Positions 56,301-60,666 of a stretch of 60,666 nucleotides of DNA are shown here, piece after piece. Within the stretch, counting starts at the first letter, position 1. Each line of letters starts with the position of its first letter. Position numbers and translations under genes: made by a program. Source of the stretch: a virus (Duplodnaviria; Caudoviricetes); IMG/VR virus record IMGVR_UViG_3300048898_000081, positions 1 to 60,666 of that record. One strand, written 5' to 3'. Under the pieces are notes generated by a model. That model was given only the letters and a program-made list of their open reading frames with translations, was not told where the DNA came from and made no database searches.

Positions 56301-58554
56301 GACGGCCGTAACGAATGTCATCTCAACCAAGATCGAGCAGAACATTGCGAATAAGCCGATGGACGTGATGGACATCGCCCTGCAGCGGATATTCAAGGGA
56401 CTCAAGAATGAAGGTCTTTCCGGCGATGCATCGATAGCAACGGCACTATGGACGCCGAATCTGCATAAGCCCGTCGATGAAGTCGGATTTAAGGATTGGG
56501 CGAAAGGACTTTCCAAACACGAAGTTCTCCTAAAAGCCATCGACGAGCATCCGGAATATTTCGCGAAGTTCTTTGGCGACTTCTCGCCCGACATGCACTC
56601 CGGTCTCTCGAAGGTCATCGATAAGCTGATGATCCCGATGAGAATGCAGGAATTCTTTATGCGCGACTCGGCCGGCGTCAAAGCTTTGGCCCAGCGTGCC
56701 GAGATGAAGGGCATCGATTTCAAACAGGTGTTGGCGGACAACAATTTCGATTGGGTGACGAAAGCCGATCTCGACTATGCGATGAAGGAAGCCCTGAGCC
56801 TGACCTATGCCCTGCGGCCTGAGAGAAACGGCGGCATTACCGACACGGCATTTTCCAGCGTGACATCGTTAATTCGTTCATCCGGTCTGCTCGACCTTAT
56901 CGGATCCGAATCGTTCCCGTTCCTCAATTTCATGTGGAACACGATCAATAAGTACAAGACGAAAGTTCCGGTCATGGCTCAAGCCAGACTTATTGGAAAG
57001 ACCGTCTCGGAAGCGAAACGCCTGAAAGCCGAGGGTGAGGAGCCTAATTACATCAAAGAGGCCATCCGCAACAAATGGACGTCGCGGCAGATCGCGAACC
57101 AGATGTTCGGCGTTGTCGCTCTCGCGGCAATGTACGGAATCGTAAAAGCCCTGGGCGACCGTGACGAGTGGTACTACTTCAAGATACCGTTCACAGACGG
57201 TCTCGGACGCGACGGCGGATCACTCTACGGCGACATCCGCACGCAGCCTTTGCTGGCTCCTTTCATGTTCATTGCCAACAAGCTCAATCGCGTTCTCAAC
57301 GGGAAAGACCTGTTCACCTATGGCGATGCCGCAGACGAACTGACCGAGGCGTTTCTTGGCACGTCCTATCGCTCGACGTTCGACATGAATAAGGGATTCA
57401 AGGCTATCTCGCAATTCGCGCAGCATCCGATCACGTCCGCGAACTACATAACCGGACAGGGCGACGACGAGCAGAAAAACGGCGAAAGACTCTCGATGTT
57501 CGCCCAGCAATGGCTCGGGAATGAGTTTGGAACGCTGACGAATTTCCTTCAGTTCAAGACCATGAAGGACATCGCCGCCCAATTCGATGAGAAAGAACGA
57601 AAGCCACTGAACCTCGACGAGCAGCCGGTTTTACAGGGTCTCGATGCCCGTGTTCCGGAGTCTCGCCGCATCCTGCAGGACATCATCAAAATGCAGGTCG
57701 AGGCCAGAAAGAACTATGCGACGGATAAAGAACAGGTCCGGAACCCACTGCCGGCGTTGAAAGTTCTTGGGTTTAATCTCCACGACGAGGCCGATCTGAA
57801 ACCGGAGCCGACGCAGGCTGAAATACTGGCCGCGAAACTGGCTTTTGGCGGTGATGATTACAAAGCCCCGGAACTGCCGGACGAGAAGAAAAAGGCCGCG
57901 ATCAAACGAGACTTCCGGAAGGCAGGTGAGAAGCTAACGCCGGGAATGCCCGAGGCCGATGCACTCAAAGCGAAACTCGCAACCTATGGCGAAGACCTGA
58001 CGCCCGGACAAGTTGCTTATGCCCAACGCCATTTGTTCTCGACCGATCTGCAAGACCATTTCGAGGGGCTGAAGGTAAAAGATGCTGATCGCGTCTGGAA
58101 CGCCGCCACGCCCAAAGAGAAGCCGCTTATTGAGGACGCCTATCGAAAGAAACTCGATAACGCAATGACGAGCTCGAAAGCATCGCCGCCCGAAAAGAAA
58201 CAGGCCCGCGAATTGTTCCAAAAGAACTTTGGCGATGAGAATCTGGCTCCGGAGGCACCGAAAGAAATTCAGGATGAGTTTGACCGGTTAAAGATACCAA
58301 CTCCCGGCGTCGGCGATAAGATGACTTTGGTTCCGAAGGGTGAGAAAACTACCTTGTCGACCGATCGTCGCGAGAAATACGAGCAACAAGTCCTCAACCG
58401 CACCTACACGACGATCCAAAAGATCATGGAACGCGATTCGTACAAGAACGCTGACGATACCCGCAAGAAGATCATGCTCGAGAGTGTGATCAATACCAGC
58501 CGGAAGGTCGAACGGAACCAGACTAAAGGCGACCTGCTCAAAGCCCGTCAATAA
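47377..58554 (+). CDS. giant polyvalent virion/ejection protein: lytic transglycosylase, LPD23-type peptidase, kinase, degenerate zincin, ART-like domain, helical C-terminus
   Basis: IISFES...GLIQF; TGWEKGKDGKWRTEIDD, HEIQH, LAGEVEAR; GKGGEAIVY, HDLHAGNV, VVD; WHGSPHRF...GEGAQAYGHGLYF...NYVIFD. Confidence 0.9.
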   Translation: MPDGDFLAELKKRVGYNQPSSPDLASQRAAIEKGASQLGVDPTDLASIISFESAGSFDPHKVGGEGNRYRGLIQFGPDEQKTYYHPNDTFESQIENGVVPYFRDRFKKAGKDTNGATLNDLYTTVIAGNPNANRNKTDSFGTSANSGVQRIIKEHRPEVLKRYGWQDPNSTRWADQNRPSTPQIDARSELSKLFGGLDGTTPSQPATGPTNPVQQTLKTPGPMPETQTTLDAQRAAANDPQSSRVGVLYTHPESSPASQNEIDIPVSNGQVLRVNRNKFLQYNQQTGITADDITSGKADFTPLIGGKAAPTGEPFGTQGQVAVISHDANGNELVSSAVQDPSQVPAEAALQKKQFPNTPIKTSVVPASAVIAGRTAATPTQTSSPSGLPPTSTDDKAYQAYLADVAQNQPGVTPMSREQYAASGNFGKGVETSLNPSDFKTGETPVTSSELEQFQPTQDGGQVSFAREQGKPSDDLTGKFGTYQPSEKITNPYQAYAQALTNVGSRYGLTPDKAQEFVDRLKSHGRGAFANEWQPGMPIAITGKVLEQAGVSDIGAQSEMEQARNAQVQPDLSVPKDDRTAWQAIRGLTPGQASSENDYQGDTTGAEEFGKQVGANPMNAPYAGVAGGVADVVADALNVLGGIHTTGVTGLAENIASFFGGAPRETASGLGRAASQLRAFSKGTEQDGLLYQIPKTGTEIGGEFPMYVGATALAGGNPILGMAGLEGLKSVGRGEDLKQNAIETGKGAVLGAIFHGAGKFGDWAGKKVAGKFLSEETLAALNNPALREAYEAAKARGENVELTPDLKRALVANRLVSNGTRLGVIGGTGTAAAKIEGKDWRESVKQGGIWVLQDMALSYLAGGKGRKLEDLDNKVVRVPDEQGQPKDVLLRLNPAKELEATDVTGQVPKEVVDAQILPSTEEMQSRAQQFEGGLTPEESKQITEQYIDKQGRKYTKVADLENGNVQVRDEKSVETQQNPKNLEKVYPERAEGLQMEAPKESVALAARLPISPINATPLQPSDDRIGGDTKILTDTIQSPTFREKGFNGLDVPTREMVVSEMLHAIHDPKVRDFVVQFVPVDVVDNLLRIKRPSQVLFHDNPVLKDALPANIKNPITLGRDTSLSLIDAVAHSTAKNTSELPNVRSVSEDLNPASDAVIGGVAARNETSSGAESVSNPTRASAELSSALGTSKMNRHGAEPPSESTVSGEPESTSGSPSILPQKSFPTPSVKRPIEKSKTETNASGESAGGTGKGQILPDIETFSAQSKQLQSEGFSEPEARFLISEHYGEKAQKFNTTGKEYSTVAKIKKTFPQLVEKGFIDIPTLKNTGVIRLTERGRNFTNIRLGAKPESLKQVAGIRGAQNLSDSEARKQNYVIAKSMDEAGRDSKRIWLATGWEKGKDGKWRTEIDDSDAKLVPDKALIGKSELREILDFPELYKAYPELKQVPVHFDEKMAPSTRGALGKDQDGNTIIAVNAGLPYKQIKSTLLHEIQHFIQREEGFPTGGSPEASVDKKKIHDLEHQINEYNNQLAELVGKPKYQTVMSDKLAAVKELQSLQDEHGSALGKGAEKYNRLAGEVEARNVQYRHYMTPEERAKTPLSASEDVDREYQSLKMAAPNEKVGLHSIYNENGSINYDKAKDVAGRVEGGELEINKYDPAVEQGRIAGGRRNVEASLILAGSERAIQETSSTSGHGVESHRRQEKLLEHYAKREGVWFQPGHFPDRLYLGKGGEAIVYQKDPSRVAKTIDYRHIDKSITPQKFLDTRISLFNYLFPESHYELMGFMRDANGKFRIIVTQPLIQGEKVPDVAAVDAFMSDRGFEHDEGNSYSNDLYQVHDLHAGNVLQSKEGTVFVVDAVPKFVNAEQYPAFNVAEPAKETETLSKVADAESQARLVELLPYVHSQDIMENAKFERKGDHLELNEEGGELLRRLMGTESGENESSFFGATHSAAKLRKLGDLAMEKAKEYVKDYGYTNSQVRSLRELGDHLRGLAKSGKAGITYVYDDSLPEETHHALILDAGGISPKAIVTLKENPLWNSERFDQEYPNASDRVKAIELAAKLETGQDYWPEVSEADKQAFLNVVADDIIDRNTKDGVLTLDPDVFQRLISYGTTETGNAERSETIQPAESGSESVGEPGGPPSETTGREGKVSTPEGDITGNGAAETAADETGVVRPAEEGQPANEAERSAERGLKERKTVQSAHDFGILNKNLSGDETRYYETKSNDSTERAAQDHVEKVGFSNAFNEAILAPSENVSRLEHTANQMAVLQILAKNSADALNAGNQELHDYYEEQAQAVMRSMAPENTDAGQAIQLLSRWKITNPATVINFTKMKMAQKGLKPEIPAETQTKLTENAQKLTDAQAKIDALNAKIESLEKGKRQYENKGKKTKPLTSVEKRVLDSLEKLKNDAIARLTKVPDSLKMVAWHGSPHRFDKFDISKIGTGEGAQAYGHGLYFTDKESIADHYKNKLASKNGLEVHFADTKQQMIMQKIGDMNFFPDRMDRLALGTLWNHRDIDKALAFARQQIADNKIERELYREIESRLKEWKDRGAYVLGNEGAKYKVDLKPEADEYLLWDKPLSEQSEKVKKGLEKLLDDQTLEDMAFQNIAVNTAESHLDPDVTGMGLYKDLTRLYGDKADVSDALHTNGIRGIKYLAGDSRNKGEGNYNYVIFDDKDVDILDSFKMAAPSPLADDIRNDLTDVGASILLEGWHGEPITPEQFHKELTKLVGKGYEAFYKQIHAESVAKMDARIKDEKLKGELDRLREANPDKSDAELAELNKKNKAETKEKNQVRAEHRKLANEFLKAPSKAAKEQKLTAKKIEDFLNAAAETDLFADDATLAAALARESGAVGTSEVMSRLKQLMPERFKPEASDTITQRKEKQRDLNNSVAEGEKLYKAVNKAQQARRQALRDQLGNVSPEARKELEAAKTARREAQSDLTKMVKQTTQPPPTVMHKVAQISRASKVALIQTAVTNVISTKIEQNIANKPMDVMDIALQRIFKGLKNEGLSGDASIATALWTPNLHKPVDEVGFKDWAKGLSKHEVLLKAIDEHPEYFAKFFGDFSPDMHSGLSKVIDKLMIPMRMQEFFMRDSAGVKALAQRAEMKGIDFKQVLADNNFDWVTKADLDYAMKEALSLTYALRPERNGGITDTAFSSVTSLIRSSGLLDLIGSESFPFLNFMWNTINKYKTKVPVMAQARLIGKTVSEAKRLKAEGEEPNYIKEAIRNKWTSRQIANQMFGVVALAAMYGIVKALGDRDEWYYFKIPFTDGLGRDGGSLYGDIRTQPLLAPFMFIANKLNRVLNGKDLFTYGDAADELTEAFLGTSYRSTFDMNKGFKAISQFAQHPITSANYITGQGDDEQKNGERLSMFAQQWLGNEFGTLTNFLQFKTMKDIAAQFDEKERKPLNLDEQPVLQGLDARVPESRRILQDIIKMQVEARKNYATDKEQVRNPLPALKVLGFNLHDEADLKPEPTQAEILAAKLAFGGDDYKAPELPDEKKKAAIKRDFRKAGEKLTPGMPEADALKAKLATYGEDLTPGQVAYAQRHLFSTDLQDHFEGLKVKDADRVWNAATPKEKPLIEDAYRKKLDNAMTSSKASPPEKKQARELFQKNFGDENLAPEAPKEIQDEFDRLKIPTPGVGDKMTLVPKGEKTTLSTDRREKYEQQVLNRTYTTIQKIMERDSYKNADDTRKKIMLESVINTSRKVERNQTKGDLLKARQ
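50386..50964 (-). CDS. HNH homing endonuclease (Zn fingers + HNH_3 + HTH) nested antisense in the giant gene
   Basis: CPQC..FCSRRC x2, EHRIIMEQHLGR.L...EIVHHIDGNKLNNEISNL; GGAGGT RBS 8 nt upstream; TGGTAAAAT at 51031-51039. Confidence 0.9.
   Translation of the reverse strand: MPIHLTCPQCGTQFSRCPSGIGHGFCSRRCFVASRNAAYNCITCGIQVFRNRSHVGKLGRVFCSRVCHGIYQRKGCISAQGYRIFNIGGKSVFEHRIIMEQHLGRSLDAEEIVHHIDGNKLNNEISNLRVMDRVEHLRHHHFPSWDIKAVKAFLAEGWTLYRISQYFGVTSNSIVTGLKRRGINWRDWQPSG
52283..52495 (+). CDS. nested +1-frame 70-aa helical protein, candidate antitoxin of the kinase cassette
   Basis: TATAAT at 52258, GGGAG RBS 8 nt upstream; amphipathic helices. Confidence 0.55.
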   Translation: MTKQKMSPEELKEASLRLTNMIQQSSREGLQEVAEMSRHPLSLPEAREQFKKHRQQAVMGWNRTADKKNS

Positions 58555-59900
58555 AGCATATCGGCAAGCTTCGCCGTAGCGTCTTCTCTCATGCTCGGCA
58601 AGACGTGAGAATACGTTCTCAGCAGCACCGTGACGTCGGTATGTCCCAGCTTCTCGGCAACGGCCTTTAAATTGACGCCAGCCGCGATCGAGAGCGTTGC
58701 TGCGGTATGGCGCAAAGAATAAAGCGAGAATGCAGTCTGGTCGAGACCTGCGGCCTTTACGACCGCCTTGAACTGGCGACGGTTGAGATTCCCTTTCGAC
58801 ATCGGGGCTCCGTACTCTCCCGGGACCACAAGATCATAGATTCGAATATTCTCAAGAGCCTCGCGAGCCATCCGGTTCCGCGTCTTTCGCCGCTCGTAAT
58901 TCACGCCCCGGCGTTTCATGTGCGAAAGCAAGATCTTGCCGTGCGAATCGCGTTGAAGCTCCGCTATCCACGCATCCTGTTTCTCTTTGTGCTTTAGGAG
59001 CCGTTCTTTCAACGAATCGCTAAAACTGATTGTCCGATGCGATCCCGGCGTCTTTGGCTCTTTTATCTCAAAACCGCCGCCGACAAACCCTTCTGCAACG
59101 GCTCGTCGGACCCGAATCGTCTGTTTGTTAAGGTCGACGTCTTTCCACGCCAACGCCAGATACTCGCCCGGACGCATACCGGTCTCCAAGGCAAGCTCGA
59201 ATATCACGCAGTCGTCTGACTTTCGACACGCCGCGATGAACTTCTTTGCCTCGGCCGCTGTCATTGCTCGCGTCTCAACCGGCGACGTCTTGGGCAAGAT
59301 AACGCCCCTCGTCGGATTCTTTACCAGATCATCCCATGCGACCGCCTGGTTGAACGCCGTGGATAGGAACAGGTGCAGCTTGCGGACCATCGCAGGGCTT
59401 CGTCCGTCATCCATCAGCATTCCGTAAAACGCCTGGACGTCTTTCACTTTGATATCGGAGATGTGCGTGTGCCCGAACGCCGTATTTTTGACGTATCGCT
59501 TAAAAAGATCGTCCGCCATCTCATAGGTCCGCCGAGCGACCGCCGACCTCTTGAATGTCAGATAGCCGGAAAGATATGTCTCGACCGTCGGGACGCCCTT
59601 CTTTCGCTTAACCGCCTCGAATTCCTGTTCGAGTAGCCGGGAGATAGCTTTTGCTCGCTCCTCAGTTTGAGGTTCACAGGTCCGTTTGACCTGAATATAG
59701 ATGAGGCGGCCTTTGTCGTCACGGCGATTAGTTGGGAATGTGCGCCGAACTTTCCACTCTCCATCTTGCTCCAAAACATACTTGGGAAGTTTTTTCTTCT
59801 TAAATTGTCCCGGCGTACAATTCTTAGCCCGTTTTGGGGCATTTTCGACCGTTTTTGGCCTAAATTCGACCACGTTTTGAGCTACATTTTTTCGCATCAA
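58548..59900 (-). CDS. int: tyrosine integrase
   Basis: TGMRPGE, PKT, YSLRHT, LGH...TY catalytic motifs; SAM-like core-binding domain. Confidence 0.95.
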   Translation of the reverse strand: MMRKNVAQNVVEFRPKTVENAPKRAKNCTPGQFKKKKLPKYVLEQDGEWKVRRTFPTNRRDDKGRLIYIQVKRTCEPQTEERAKAISRLLEQEFEAVKRKKGVPTVETYLSGYLTFKRSAVARRTYEMADDLFKRYVKNTAFGHTHISDIKVKDVQAFYGMLMDDGRSPAMVRKLHLFLSTAFNQAVAWDDLVKNPTRGVILPKTSPVETRAMTAAEAKKFIAACRKSDDCVIFELALETGMRPGEYLALAWKDVDLNKQTIRVRRAVAEGFVGGGFEIKEPKTPGSHRTISFSDSLKERLLKHKEKQDAWIAELQRDSHGKILLSHMKRRGVNYERRKTRNRMAREALENIRIYDLVVPGEYGAPMSKGNLNRRQFKAVVKAAGLDQTAFSLYSLRHTAATLSIAAGVNLKAVAEKLGHTDVTVLLRTYSHVLPSMREDATAKLADMLY

Positions 59901-59963
59901 ATTAGCTAAATAGCTTGATTTATTGGGTTTCTAATGTCATACTGACTGGAATGTGACACCATT

Positions 59964-60001
59964 CGTGTGAAGCGAGTGCTCTCCCGCTGAGCTAAGACGG
60001 C
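59964..60001 (-). other. 5' half of tRNA-Val(CAC): probable attP core
   Basis: GCCGTCT-TA-GCTC-AGCGGGA-GAGC-A-CTCGC-TTCACAC-G; no 3' half; adjacent to int. Confidence 0.78.
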
Positions 60002-60083
60002 GTAAATCCTGTAAATACTGCGGTTAACTACCGAATGTGGAACGTGCCACAATTCCCAAAGGACAATTTCAAACACAATTCAC

Positions 60084-60275
60084 TCATTCGTCGCCTCTCC
60101 AATCGGGATCATTCGCGAATAGTTTCCAAACCTCGATAGCCTCATCTCCGACGAATTTCAGCGTGTCTCCACTGTCGAAATTCACGTAGACGATCCGGCT
60201 GTCTTTCTCGTCATGCCGGACGTGGCAGACCTTTGTGGGGTCTAGAAGCACGTTATTCACTCGTTCCCACGTCAT
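60084..60275 (-). CDS. small hypothetical protein
   Basis: GAGG RBS; protein-like. Confidence 0.55.
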   Translation of the reverse strand: MTWERVNNVLLDPTKVCHVRHDEKDSRIVYVNFDSGDTLKFVGDEAIEVWKLFANDPDWRGDE

Positions 60276-60408
60276 CGGCAACCTCGTCAGCTATCAACCT
60301 TGCAAGAGCTTCGTAATCGGCATCTGACTCTATCTTCGCGTTCTTCAATATCTCGATCGCACGAAGCTCCTGCTCGGTATGGGGTTCGGGGTAGTTGAGT
60401 TTGGTCAT
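60253..60408 (-). CDS. 51-aa acidic hypothetical protein
   Basis: Read manually; ATG (60406-60408) lies next to the end of the repressor ORF. Confidence 0.45.
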   Translation of the reverse strand: MTKLNYPEPHTEQELRAIEILKNAKIESDADYEALARLIADEVADDVGTSE

Positions 60409-60666
60409 CTATGGATCGCTAAATGAGCGCGCACAATCCCCAAAACGCGGAAATCGTCCCGCGAAGTGACCTCTTTAGCCTGATAATTACGGTTCGCCGA
60501 CACTAGAAAAAGGCCATTCGTCCCTTTTTTGAAGATCTTTATACAGGTCAGACCGTTCATCTCGGCAGCTATTACATTCCCGTTCTGGACTTCAGCCCAC
60601 GAATCAATAAAAACGATGTAACCCGGTTTTATATCCGGGATCATCGAATCACCGGTAACTTCAAAG
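60405..60666 (-). CDS. LexA/CI-like repressor, S24 peptidase C-terminus (truncated by window)
   Basis: FEVTGDSM...TCIKIF...LVSAN...VLGIV. Confidence 0.88.
   Translation of the reverse strand, partial: FEVTGDSMIPDIKPGYIVFIDSWAEVQNGNVIAAEMNGLTCIKIFKKGTNGLFLVSANRNYQAKEVTSRDDFRVLGIVRAHLAIHR

Noticed and set aside
47377-58554. Tape-measure protein or virion RNA polymerase
   Set aside because: No tail tube/chaperone genes, tape-measure repeats or DxDGD-type polymerase motif seen; the domains match a polyvalent ejection protein
59940-60001. Complete tRNA-Val gene
   Set aside because: No 3' anticodon stem, T-arm or acceptor 3' strand; only a half

Overview
Most of the genome of a temperate, P22/podovirus-like tailed phage (both ends are cut inside genes). 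Order: PAPS-reductase-family gene; replication module (DUF1376-type initiator with internal iterons, free-standing primase Zn-binding protein, TOPRIM-SF4 primase-helicase, PD-(D/E)XK nuclease); a run of small accessory ORFs; lysis/membrane cassette; terS-terL; portal; an inverted, amber-interrupted second initiator with iterons; scaffold; major capsid; adaptor/tail/fibre genes (two SGNH hydrolases, a Hint-domain protein); ejection proteins; a 3725-aa polyvalent protein; tyrosine integrase; an attP-like site carrying the 5' half of tRNA-Val(CAC); and a partial LexA/CI-like repressor. The most striking structure is inside the giant gene. Its effector domains (LPD23-type peptidase, kinase, ART-like) sit in ~260-aa cassettes bounded by a recurring SLKMAAP-like motif. 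It also contains fully nested genes: an intact antisense HNH endonuclease with its own promoter element and RBS, and at least one +1-frame small ORF with its own TATAAT and RBS at the start of the kinase cassette (candidate immunity protein). Domain calls come from motif recognition by eye, not database searches.
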